Assembly (NCBI GenBank): GCA_051294375.1
Contig: CM119268.1
Coordinates: 6,915,382-6,979,381 of the forward strand
DNA from: Paraspadella gotoi
Taxonomy: Eukaryota; Animalia; Chaetognatha
DNA: 64,000 nt
Direction of reading: 5' to 3'
This document shows, one piece after another, positions 49,793-63,010 of this stretch (its first letter is position 1; each line of letters starts with the position of its first letter). Both the position numbers and the translations under genes were made by a program. The notes beneath the pieces were generated by a model, which saw only the letters and a list, made by a program, of their open reading frames with translations, did no database searches and was not told where the DNA came from.

Positions 49793-52700
49793 GGGGAGAG
49801 GAGAGAGTTGGAGGGGGAAGGGAAGGCGAGGGGAGAGAACGGGGCCGGGGAGGAGGAAGAGAGGGGAGAGGGAGTGGTGACAAGAGGGGGAAGAAAGCTT
49901 GAAAAAGAGAATGTTGAGGGGAACGCGGGAGCAGCAGTAGGAGAGTGAGTAGCAGAGAGAAGAGAAGAAAAGTAAAGGAATGCGAGAAAGAGAAGTAAAG
50001 GGACCGGTGCAGGAGAACGTTGTCGGGGTTTTGAGTAGATTTACACTTTCCGAGGAAAATACTTTTAGGGTTGAGAACAGGAGAGCTCAAGTCGGGTAAA
50101 TATAATAAATTAAAAAAAGATCAGAGGAAGACAAAAGGTCTTTGATTTTTAAGCCGCGCCAGCTCATACAAATAAACTCTTTCTAGAGTAGAAAGTATAG
50201 GAAAACTGAAAAAATCTGCCGTTTGTTCTTGGACTAATAGTTCTACTGAAATTTATGAGTGTTTCCCAGTACCACCCGGTAATCCGAGCAAAGTTGGTGG
50301 GAATAGCGTTAAAGTTGAGAAAGACTGTGAGACTGTGACGTGAGAAGGGAAGTAAGAGACGGGCGTGAAAAGCGCGAAAAAAATATGTCTCCGCTCAACA
50401 GTCAACTGTTTACCAGGGACATTTTATATTTCCGCCTCCTTCGTTTTACTGGGCGCAAACGCGACGAGGTTCTTGTGGGCCGTGGGGAGGGGAGACTGGG
50501 GAGTGGTGAGGCGTGGATGATGAGTGAAAAAGTTGTGCGGCGGGATGTGGATAAGAATTAGGGGCGGGAAGATAGATGGTGAGATAGATGGCGAGAGAGA
50601 AGGGAGAGGAGACGTTTTGAAACCATGTAGCGGAGAAAGGGCGGCTCCTTAAAGGCGGATGCCCAGGGACCGTGACGAGAGAAAGAGAAAGGTTTGAGTG
50701 TCGCTAAGGAGATGAGACTGATTGAGAGAACCGCAGAGATTGACCAAGAAGAAAGAGAAGGAAGAAGAAGACAGAATGAGACAAAAGAGAGAGAGAGAGA
50801 GAGAAAGAGAGACCATTCTGTGCTATTTTGCTATTTTTGGATTTTAGGAACACCTTTTGGTGATTTAATTTTTTCTAACTCCGCCTTCGTCTTTCTTTTT
50901 CCTCCTTTTCCAACAATGCAATAAGAGCTTAAACAACGCAAATACTTTGTAGTGGTATGTCTAACATACTATACATTCATCCTATGGATTCTCTTCTCTC
51001 CTATAACCCAGTTGTGTTTTCGTATGTCTCATTCAATAGGTCCTCACTTAAATAAAAAGCCGATTTGCCCTTCTGCACGCATTACCTTCCCCCCTTCTGA
51101 ATCTGTGTCTATACCTAGTCCTCCATTTGCCCTAAGCTAAATACCTCGCGTGACCTATTGTGGCCTATATTGCTCCGATATATGATAGAATTCAAAAATC
51201 TTTCCACAAAGTATGTACGCTCGCCCCACGACATAAACCGTAATCACTAAAAAACAGCATTCGAGAGTACGGATCAAGAAGAATTAAACAGCATGGGATA
51301 CCCACTAAGTTTAAAACTTGATTCAAAAAAGAGCGATCAATAATAAACAAATCAACAATTATCACCCAAATCCACAAACCCGTCCAACTCTACGACACTT
51401 TAACCTAGAGAAACATCCCATGTACGAAAGCATTTTGCCAGAAGGAAAACAAAAGGATAATTGCGAAAAAGGGTCACGTTCCAAGAGCCAAATGAGATTG
51501 GGTTCCACGCGTCGAATCGCGCCCTTCCGAGCCCGCCGAATCACTTCAATCAACAGAAATACGACCACCGCCCAAAAGAAAACCCAACTGAACGTAACTA
51601 CATTTGATACCCGATCGAATAAACGTGAGGCCTGAATCGATTAAATTAATACTTCTCAAGATTGTGAAACTCTATGATATTGCATTACACTTCCCATGGC
51701 TCTTTATGATATAAAAAAATGTACAGAATCTATCTTGTCATGTCTTGTACATTACATTGTTCTAGTCTTATTGTGTATCTGTCTGTCCTCTCCGTGCGTG
51801 ATAACGTTCTCTAGCAATACATCTCTCTCCTCTCTCCTCTTGTCTCTCTTCTCTGGGCGTGCGTACAACTCTCTCTCTCCTCCTTCTCATCCTCGTCTTC
51901 GTCTTTCTCTCCCCGTCTCTACAATTTACCAGAGGAGATGCAATTCGCGACCGCGGGACACAATCAGGTCGGAGAGACGCCAAGCAATCATCGACTCGGC
52001 AATCGCAGGTTCCCGGCCAGGGAAAGGTGAGAAAAAATACTTTTCCCTTTTCATGGTATGTCTAACGGTGTATGGCCAGCGAAGACGGTCCGTGAGTTCG
52101 GCGCCGGGCGCGGGACCTAAGACAGGGACCGACTTGGGTTCGTTAGATTGAAGATAAAAAAAAAAATAGAGCGGTGAGAGATGGTAAGGTCCAGACCACC
52201 ATTATTTAAATCTTGGCGGTGTGGGTCCTGAACCTTGGTAGGCAATAGATCTTAGACCGCCGAGTTCCTCCAAATTTTAAAATGAAAAAAAAACCTTCAC
52301 TTTGGTTGTGGCTTGCGACCTCAGAGGTAGGTTTAAGGAAGAATAGGTTACTGGTGGGTTTGTGATCATAAAGACGCTGAGGTGACATGGTTATTGATCG
52401 CGATGGAGGGCAGGAGGGGGAACCACCAGCAAACTCGTTTAAGGTCTATACCCGTTCACCTGCCAGCAATGGTTACGCTTTGATTGCACCCAGGGGGGTC
52501 GGGGCGCTCGGCTTATTGCGGCCTTCATTCACATCGTGGAGATTGAAGTTCGAATATTTTTGTTTCTCAGCGACTCCGGCAGCCGATTCCAAAGTTTTCA
52601 TTGGCGACTCTGCCAGATTCATTGACAAACAAAATTTTCAAGTCATTTGGCAATGCTGCGTTTACGGAAATGAGCAAAGGAAAGCAAGCAGAGCTTGGTG

Positions 52701-55165
52701 AGGGAACTGGATTTGGAAGCGGGGCGATCCCTTTCCTTTCTCTCCCGCTCCCCGCCTCCTTCGAAGATGAGGACAAGACTGAGACCGCGAAAGGAGAGGG
52801 GCGCGAGGAAACAAGTTACGGTGACAGAAGGTCACTGGCGATGTTGACGGTGACGGTGAATTGACTGCCCACAGTTGGACAGTCTCTCCACAGTGATACG
52901 TTCCCTTGGGCTGACGGCTCCTTCAAAAATGTTTAGAGAGAAGGTGACCGCATTAAATTTTTTGTCAGTGTGGGCTTCGACCAGGCTCACAGTTCGGGAC
53001 GGAGGCACCGCCTCCGGAGTGGGTAAGGTCAGTTGGGGGTTGAATGTGATTCGGTCTAAACAATTCCTGGTGACGACAAAATCACCACTTTCATCTCAAG
53101 ATTGCGCGCGCGCAATTGTTTTGCGGGCGGAAAACCGAAAAAAACCAACTAATCGACCTCGATGCGTTTTCATTCGTCGGTCCTTCATCTTCGTTCGTCG
53201 TACAGTCGTCACTCGCTCTTCTACTTCGTTCGTCGTCGTCGTCGTCGCTTCGTTCCTCATCTGTCGACGTTTCTTTTTTCTAATCGGTCGTGCATCCTCT
53301 TCTACTTCGTCGACGTCGTTGTTGTCGCTTCGAGTCGTCTTTTTTCCCCATCAACCAGACATGAATTTGCTCGACAACGGTCGATTGTAAAAAACGTTAT
53401 TGTTTCAAACATTTTTATCGTTTTCGTTCACCCTCACTAAGGCGGGACGACAAAGAGACAAAAGCGGAGAAAAAATGGGACATTTTTATTGTTATGAATC
53501 GCGATCTTTTTGTTTAGATAAAATGATATAATAATTATATCAAAAGGAAGTGAGATAAAAAATTTATAAAAAAGCGATAAGGAATGATATTATGGCAGTG
53601 AAAAAAAAAAGTGAATAGGAAGAAATAAAAAAATACTACGAATTATTAACTAAATTTAAAGAATTAAAAAGAATAAAAGAAGGAAAAATAAACAAAAGAA
53701 AGAAAAAGAACTTAAAGAAAGAAAGAACGACAAAAAGGCCGACGAAACCGATAAGAGAGGAAAGAAAGACCCCGACCCGAGGACAGACACAACGAGAAAC
53801 AATCGGGATTGCGATAAAAAGACCGATCCAAATCCCAAAATCAAAGCGGACGCCTTCGATTATTGGAATCGCTGAAAGGAAATTCGCCAGAACGAATTTG
53901 AAGGGCGCCTGAGAGTCTTCATTTCACGGACCCCGGACCAAGATGACATCTGGTGGCTCATTTCATCTGGAAAAGGGCCAAATCAATTGTGGGATCAAAC
54001 TGAAACGAACGACGATGTTGATGACGAAGTCACTTCCTGTTGAAGCACCAAGATGACTCATTGCACATGTTGAGACTAAAAGTCATCCGTTAGCACCAAG
54101 TTGCCACTCATTATTTCGCGTCACTTTTTTACGTATTATGGAAAAGTGAAATATTATCAGCTTCCGTCGCCTAATTGGACAAAACTATTAGTTATTGTCT
54201 ACTCGATCATTTCGCCGCGACTACAAGAAATTGGTATATCTCTAAAAAAAAACTGCATACCAATGCGTATTTTTTTTCAACTCAAATATTATTATTATGT
54301 TATTTCAAGTCTTAATTGATTTTACTACATATAAAAACTAAATGTTATTTCAAATTTCGTATCTTTCCTTTGGCGGAATTTAAAACTAAAAAATTTGGGC
54401 CATCGTGACGAAATACGTTGAAGGCTTTGTTTATGTTTCTTATGTTTATGGGAAACGGCGAGAGATGGTGTTGCGTGGCGTACCCTCCGACAAACGCCGT
54501 CGGCAATAATCGACTTTTGAAAATCGGATTTTGAATTTCGGGAGCGAACGAATGGAATCGCATCGCGACGTCGCGCGAGAGGAAAAAATTAAAGAGAATG
54601 AGATTTTGATATTGACAACAAATAGGGAAATGGAAAGAGAATATCACGGGCATGGCATAAGGCAAAGACATGGCTTAAAATTGATAAAACAAGAAAACCC
54701 AATTAAGAACTGAGGATGGAATTTTGATTAACAATGCGACATTAAGGAAAACAATATAAGTTAAACGATTTGATTTGATAATTTGTATTATAACATTATC
54801 TAAGTCATGCGTCGAAAGAATATTGGATTTGTTTCCATTCTATAATCGAAAAATTATGAAATATTTATTTTTCCTATAGACGCGAATAAGCAAAGCCAAA
54901 TAATTAAATAATACAAGTTCATAAATTATACTATGTGACCTTCTGTTTTACCTTTTGTTTAAACTGTTATATAGATAATAAAAATAATAATATAAACATT
55001 TTGTAAGTGATTATTATTCTCGTTCCTTCTTCTCAACTTTCGTCAATTTCCATGAGGACCTCGCGACAGCCAGTGAACGAAGGACGCGATCTCAGTCGAC
55101 ATTTGACCTTTTGACCTTTACGATAGGGACTCTCTTTGTGACTAAAGTCTCCTTGCGTCTCTCTC

Positions 55166-55221
<56 letters not shown>

Positions 55222-55404
55222 TCTCTCTCTTTTCTCTTATCATCTAAGCAATGATCATCTTAAGGTACATTTCTTAAGACGGGGTCCTTATTGCAACAGA
55301 TGACAAACGAACCCATAAAAAAATCGGTTTCTTTCAGTAAAGTAAAACGTTGTTCCATTTCTGACCTCTAATTACAAACAAAGAATTTAGCTTCCCAACT
55401 TGCC

Positions 55405-55451
<47 letters not shown>

Positions 55452-57908
55452 TCTCTCTTCTCTCTCTCTCTCTCTCTCTCTCCTTCTCTTCCATAACCTC
55501 CGTTCTTTCCAGAACTTCTCCCCTAGTCTTCGTTCGGCGCTTTATATGCAAAGCGATGACGACAGGAAAGTGAGAGAGCAGATCCGAGAACCAAGACGCC
55601 ATGACAAAGATGCCTTTCCCTCTGAGAAAATTCGGCCGCAAATCTCTACTTCGCTCTCTGACCTATGTTTAAGCCTTTAGATACCTCGCACTGGGCCCAA
55701 CCGCTGGCAACCGCCTTCTTGGCAACTCCTCGGGGCACGCAGCCTGTCGCTCGCACGACATAAGTTCCTAACAGCATTCGTCGGATCAAGAAGAATTACA
55801 GTACTAAGTTTAAAATGACAGAGCGAAATACATCACAATTTCCGCCACAACCCGTCCTCTCGCCTTTCCTGCATCTGTCGCATTTGCCAGGGAAAACAAA
55901 AGGTAATTGGAATCCGTTCCGATGCAAATGAGATTGGGTTCCACGCGCGAATCGCGATTCGACCCCCGATCACTCAAAATCAACGAAATCGCGAAAAATC
56001 TCTTTTGTTCGTTCGGGGAATTGCTCTCGGCTCTATGTCTCCCCCTGGCTTTTTAGAAAAAAAANNNNNNNNNNNNNNNNNNNNNNNNNAACCTCTTTCA
56101 ATGTCCCCGCCCCCTGGTGCAACTTGGTCATACGAGCGGCATTTTCTTGGTACAACGAACCATATAAGACGCCTGCGACCAAATGACGCCAAAATTTCTT
56201 AAACCCTAAATCCCGTCGCAATTGGCCCGCTCCAAATCTAATCTCTACATAGAAATCGCATATAAGTCTTCTCCGCAATCATGCGTTCCACGTTTTCTCA
56301 TGAGACTGCACCACTTTCTTGTTTACATCGCTCTCTCCCCTCTCCCCCCCCCCCGTCGCCGCCCCCCCTCGTTATCCGAAAAACGCCGGCCAAACGATGT
56401 CCAGCCCACCCGGCGAACCTTAAAAAATATTTATCGGAGCCTTTTTTCCGCGTCAGCTCTTTTTCCTCGAAAGCAACCGTTCGGAAAAGACTGGTCGGGC
56501 ATATCCTCGTGTACGTCTTCTACTTTATTTGGGGTCCAGTTAACCTCTCTTTCACGTCATGACCATTCTAAATAGTTCCTTGCCATATTCAAGTTTGTAT
56601 AGCCTATCCATAATATTCCACGCAGTCATCATATATCGCGATCACATAGACTAATACCGTCATTACCCTCTTCCTTCCTGTCCGTTTCAGCACCGCTGTC
56701 GGAATACCGCGACGACTTAAGAGACATCTTCGCAACATACCGATCATCATAATCCGTCCGTTCATTTTTTTTTTCCCGACACCTTCCGCCCCGCCCGGCG
56801 GGGTCATAGACGACGGGGGAAGGTTCTTACTCCGACGAACACCGTCCAAGCGCGGTGCGCATAAACGATCGCGCTGAGATGCGTGACGATGCAGCGAGCA
56901 TTGTAATCAGGCGATGCAAATAAAATCAATGCACGAGTTTTCACGTTTAACGGCGAATGGAAATTATGCACGTCGGCAGCGTATGACACGACCAGAATAT
57001 TCTTCCGAGACCGCTCGAAACACCGCGGACTTCACGATACGAGTCGAGCATTAAGTAGGGATGATCGCAGTGCACTGGGGTTAGAAACTTTTCAACTCTT
57101 ATGTAATCGAATGTGAATCTAACTTGATCTTCTCCTACATAACTTTAAGTCTTTGTTCTTAGCTTTAGTTCGATGCTCATGTAGCTACTGGAAATCAAAC
57201 GTTGTTGGAATTGAAATAAATCGCATCGTGAAATAGTATTTTAAAAACTCGATCAAAACTCTGCATGTCTCAACAGTACAGTATCTATCGAATGAGATAT
57301 TGCGTGTGTCTCTAAGTAAGCGAAATTTTTCGTTTTCCCGCGGGGATCTTTCCTTCTCCCTTTATCCACCGGGGACCACTTACCTCATGTGCCGTTCTTT
57401 CGTTCCATCCCGAGGGAAAAGCCATCGCGGAACCTTCTCTGTGGGCAATTTCGGGGAATCTTCCGATGCGGTTTCCGACCTTTCGAGACATGTGCCTGCA
57501 ACGAGAGGTTTGTCCAAAGAAAGATGAGATGATCACTTACTATCTGCCCGCAGGGGTAGCACCCCATCACCTCTTTGATCGAAAAACTACCTTATCTGAC
57601 CGCCCTAATAGAAACTTCACCTCACTTTGGATGCGCGTTCAGTGCGCTCTAGAGCTTCCGCCCATTCTACCTCGATAAAATCGCATCAGCATATTCACCC
57701 ATCTTCACTTACTCGCTTTTACCTTACTGCTCTTCACTACCTACCTCTCCCTACCGCCTATCCGAACGCGAGTAACCAAACAAAATCGACAGAAGAGCTT
57801 GTATTTAAACTCGAAGAACATGAATCGTAAGATCTATGAATCTCCTTGTGAGGGGCAAAAGAGACGAGCGATGAAGGGAGGGAGAGGGGAAAGGGAAAGA
57901 GGAGGGGA

Positions 57909-60067
57909 GCACTATACTGAAGCTTAAGTGAGGCGTAGGAGTGACGAGAAAAATAATCACAACGGGCACTCGGCTCATACCCTGAGCCAGAACAACTACA
58001 CTATAGAGCTTGTAGGTGGATGACGGAAAATAATCACAACAGGGCCTCGCTATCCCGCCAGCCAGAAGCGAACGATAATTACACCTTATACAGATGTAGC
58101 TTAGGATAAGAGTTAGTAGGATGACGGAACTATCAAACTTAATGTTGGGCCCTCGCTATTCGAAAGCCAGATACGACTACCACTCATAGTGAAGCGTTAG
58201 CTAGAGCTCAGAGTAGGAATGACGCGAAAAATATCACAGGGCGCCTCGTTATTCAGTCGAGCCAAAGAACGACTACCACTATAAGTGAGCTTAGATAGAG
58301 GTCGCGCTGTTGGATGAACGGAAAAATAATCAAACAGGGGCCTCGCTAAATCGAGCAGAACGAACTACACTAATGAGCTTAGTAGGGTGGATGAACGGAA
58401 ATATCACAGGTGCCATCGCTTAGTCACTTATCTAGAAGCCAGCAGACGTTAACACACATACTTTTGGTAGCCTTAGATGATGCACGTTCGATGAAGCGGA
58501 GGAAAATAAAATCACCAGGGCCTCGCTATCCGAGCCAGAACGAACTACACTAGATTATGGCTTAGTAGGGTCGGAGGCACAGTATGACGGAAAAAATAGT
58601 CGACAAATGGGGCTACGCTAATCAGGTGTTCGAATGCCAGACACGACTACAGACCTAGTATGAGCTTAGTGATTGGTGGGTGCAACACGGAAAAATCATC
58701 CCAGGCCTCGCTAATCGCAGTCGCAGGCCACGCAAACGACGTACCCGATATGTAGCTTAGATGAGAGAGTGGATATGACGCGATAAGATGATCAGCTATT
58801 ATTACGTCAGGGTGCGCCCAGTAAAATTCAGCATATTCTCCAAATCACTGAGTACAGAAATTAACGTTGTCGAGCCATAGAAGACCCGAAAGTAATATAA
58901 CCGACCGACTACACTAATATGAGCTTAGGTGAGGGTGGAGATATTGACGGAAAATTTATCATCAGACCGGGCCCTCCGACTCATCGGAGTCTGTAGAGCC
59001 CCAGACACTAGGAACTAACTATACTGAAGCTTTAGTAAGGGTGGATCCGTACGGATTAAATATACAGCAGAGGTTGCTCGCTATCAGGCGCAGAGCCAAG
59101 AACGACTACAATATATGAGTCAGGATTAAGTAGGGTGGATGACTATGGAAATTCTAGTAATCTTCACAAGGTGCCGTGCAGCACTATCCGAGCCACAGAA
59201 CGCAATCTACACAAAATATCCCGTATAACGGTTGAGCTTAAGTAGCGATCACTGAGGAAATAATATCACAGGCGGCCGATATCTACGCTAGTCGAGCCAA
59301 GAAACGAACCTAACACTATATGAGCTAGTTCAGGGATGGAATTGACGGAAAATAATCCGGGCCAAGCTGCTGATCGAGCCAGAAACGACTACACTATATG
59401 GACTATGTGGCCGTGGTATGACGGAAAACTACAGTCACACGGTGCACCATGTCGGCCTATTGCATTCCGCATCGAGTCTAGAACCGTAGACTACGGAACT
59501 AGTATGAGCATTAGTAATCTGGTGTGGATGAGGCATATATAGGTGCCAATGCGTCTATTCGAGCCAGAACGACTACCACTGATATTATGAGCTTTAGTGG
59601 CAGGCTAGAATTGATGACGGGAAAAATATCACAGGGCCTGGGGGGTTATTCTCTTTCCAGAGCCACGGCTCCTTATAGAAGCTTAGTAGGGTGATGAAGG
59701 AAACAGATATCTCATGGCCTGCGCATACGAGCCCTAGATACATCGCTATAACTGATTGATGAGTGCTTAGATGGTTGCGTGTGCAATGACGGAAAAATAT
59801 CACAAGGGCCTCGCTATTATTTCACTGGTTATCCATTCGAGCGCCAGAACGTAGCTACACATATTTGAGTCTGTAGTAAGAGGTGGTTTAAATTAAACCA
59901 GAGGAAAAAAAATTCATTCACTCACGGCCGTCACTTCATGATGCTATCTTCAGGAAGCCTAGAACCGAACTACAACTAATAAGTGACTTGGCGTATTAGT
60001 AGGCGATATGGATGACTCGGAAAATATCACACGAAGCCCGGGCTATCGGCAGTCCAGACACGACTAT
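57909..60067 (+). repeat. Same ~70 bp satellite, >20 noisy units
   Basis: gagcttagtagggtggatgacggaaaatatcacagggcctcgctatcgagccagaacgactac recurs over ~2.1 kb with many insertions. Confidence 0.9.
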
Positions 60068-62419
60068 AAGTCGGTTTGGACATGAGAGCGAGCGAGGGGG
60101 GGCACGGGGAGAGTGAATTGAGGGGAGGTCAGAGGGAGGGATTGAGAGCAGTGGGAGGTGGGGAAACGGGAAAGAGGGGGGGAGAGAGAACGGGGGGATG
60201 GGCGACGAGGGACGAGATGGGAGAGAGGTGAGAGGTGCGCGACATAGACGGGGGAAAGCTTGAAAAAGAGATAGTAGAGGTGACGGCGAGGGGGCACAGA
60301 GGATGGAGAGTGAGGTTAGAGGGATGTATTAGAGAAGAATAATTGTAAGCGAATGCGAAGAGAAAGTAAAAGTGGGAAATCCAGTGAGGGGATAACGTTG
60401 TCGCGGGTTTATTAGAATAGATGACTATTTTCCGAGGGCAAATATTTTGGACGAACAGAGAGCTCAGTGGTAAATATAATAAAATTTAAAAAAAAAAGAT
60501 CAGAGGAAGACAAAAGTCTTTGATTTTTAAGCCGCGCAGCTCATTACAATAACTCTTTCTAGAGTAGAAAGTATAGAAAAACTGAAAAAAAATCTGACCG
60601 TTTGTTCTTGGGACTAAGTTTCACTTGAAATTAATGAAGTTTTCCGTAACACGGGTCATCCAGGAGAGGCAAAGTTGGTGGGGAAATAGGTAAAGGGTGA
60701 GAAAGACTGTGAGAATGTGACGTGAGAGGGGAAGTAAGGAGGACGGGCGTGAAAAAGGGAAAAATAATGTCCTCCGCCTCAACCAACCACTGTTTACGCA
60801 GGACATTTATATTTCGCTCCTTCGTTTTCATGGCGCAAACGCGACGAGGTCTTGTGGCGGTGGGAGTAGGGAGGACTGGGGGTGGTGAGGGCGTGGATTG
60901 ATGAGGTGGAAAAAGTTGTGGGCGGGGATGTGGATAAGAATTAGGGTCGGGAAGATAGATGGGAGATAGAATGTGGAGAGGGATGGGAGAGAGATTGGGA
61001 GAGAGAAAAGGGAGAGAGATGAGAGAGAGAAGGGAGAGAGATGGGAAGAGAGAACGTTTTGAAACAATACGAAGAGGGCGTTTCAAGGGGGGGAGAGAGA
61101 GAAAGAGAAAGGGAGGTTGTGAAAGGAAGAGAGAGGAGAGAGAGAGAGAGAGAGATGAGATGAGAGAGAGATTTTAGAGAGAAATGTGCTATTTTTGTTT
61201 GGTTAGGCCGATTTTTTTTTTTCCAACCGTTCCTTTTCCGATGTCTCTACACAAAAGAGCAACGAAACGAGATTCCAATTCAATCCTTGGATCCTTTTTT
61301 CTGTTTCGTCGAGTCTCAATCAACGTCTATGCCGATGGCTGACGCATTACCCACCCTGACTGCAAGTATTGCCAGCATTTGCGGTATGGAATGCTGCGAA
61401 TTACTTTAGATCATTCTTTCAAGATGTCGCTCGCACGACAATAAGTTCCTAAACAGCATTCGTCGGATCAAGAAAGAATTACAGTTACTAAGCTTAAAAA
61501 AAATGACAGAGAGCCGGAAATACATCACAATTTCCGCCACAAACCCGTCCTCTTCGCTTTCCCTGCATCTTCGCATTTGCCAGGAAAACAAAAAAGGTAA
61601 TTGGAATCCCGTTCCGATGCAAATGAGATTGGGTTCCACGCGCAGAAATCGCGAATTTCTTCGCGACCCCCGATCACTCAAAATCCAAACGAAATCGCGA
61701 AAAAATCTCTTTTGTTCGTCGGGAAATTGCTCTCGGCTCTATGTCTCCCCCTGGCTTTTTAGAAAAAAAAAAAAGAACAGAATCTCTGTCTGTCTGTCCT
61801 GTCTGTCCTGTCTCTTTCTCTCTCCTCTCCCTCCATCTCTATCTCTCATCTCCTCCTCCTCTCTCTCTCTCTCTCTCCAGAGATGCCAGAGATGCAATCG
61901 CGACCGCGGGACACAATCAGGCGGAGAGACGCCAAGCAATCACGACGGCAATCGCGAGGGGAAGGTGAGTCAAGGTGAGGCGAGCGAAGACGGGTGAGTT
62001 CGGGGAGGGGGAGAAAGAGACTGGGGAGGAGTTCGAGATGAAGGGGAGAGAGGGGAAGAGACCACCAAAATTTGAGTGGGATTATGGTAGGAAGATTAGA
62101 AGCCAGTTTGAAATTTAAAATGAAAAAAACCTCACTTTGGTGGCTGGGACCTCAGAGGTAGGTTTTAAGGGAAATGGTTACTGGGGTTGTGATATAAAGA
62201 CGCGAGGGCTGGGAGGATGGAGGGCAGGAGGGGGAAAAGAAAGTTTAGGTATACGAATGGAAATGATTACGTTTAATTTCACAGGGGGGCGGATATTGGG
62301 CTTCATTCACATCCTGGAGATTGAGTTCGAATTTTTTCAAAATTTTTTGTTTCCAGCGACGGCAGCTATTCCAAAGTCTTCATTTGCGACTCTGCATGAT
62401 TGATTGACAAATCAAAATT

Positions 62420-63010
62420 TCAAGGTCATTGGCAAAGCGCGTTACCGGAAATGAGCAAAGGAAGCAAGCAGAGCTTGGTGAGGGAACTGGATTTGGAACC
62501 GGGGCGAATCCCTTTCCTTTCTCTCCCCGCTCTCCGCCTCCTTCGAAGATTGAGGAAAGACTGAGACCGCGAAAGGAGAGAGGGAAGAAATTACGGTGAC
62601 GAATCACTGGTGATGACGGTGACGGTGAATGTGACGGCCCACAGTTGACAGTTATGACAGTGATACGTTTTGGGGGACGGTTCAAAAATTTAGAGAGAAG
62701 GTGACGGTAAATTTTTCGTCAGCTGTCTTCGAGGTAAGTCGGCGGAGTGGGGTAAGTCAGTTGGGGGTTGAATGTGATTCGGTAAAACCTGGTGACGACA
62801 AAATCACCATCTTTCATCTCAAGATTGCGGCGGATGTTTTGGGGGAAACCGAAAAAAAAAACCCTAACGACCTCGTCGTTTTCATCGTCGGCTTCATCTT
62901 CGTCGTCGTCGTCGTCGTCCTCATCGTCGACGTTTTCTTTTTTCTAATCGTCGTCATCCTCTTCTACTTCGTCGACGTCGTTGTTGTCGTCGTCGTCTTT
63001 TTTTCCCCAT
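62420..63010 (-). other. Possible frameshifted coding segment with acidic (D/E) tract; duplicate at 52640-53350
   Basis: The minus strand reads DDDDNNDVDEVEEDDDD..DDEDDDDDEDEADDENDEVV, then protein-like stretches (NLEMKDGDFVVTRFYRITFNPQLTYP; NRPPKRITV..PSPSSPVIRHRNFFP). Confidence 0.25.

Larger units (their letters stand above)
47690..54360 (+). repeat. Copy 1 of a ~6.7-7.9 kb local duplication
   Basis: Collinear with 56090-64000 from acctctttcaatgtccccgccccct to aatgttatttcaaatttcgt; the differences are mostly small indels. Confidence 0.9.

Noticed and set aside
57909-60067. CRISPR-like array
   Set aside because: The units are head-to-tail with no unique spacers, the apparent variation is indel noise, there are no cas genes, and the context is eukaryotic.
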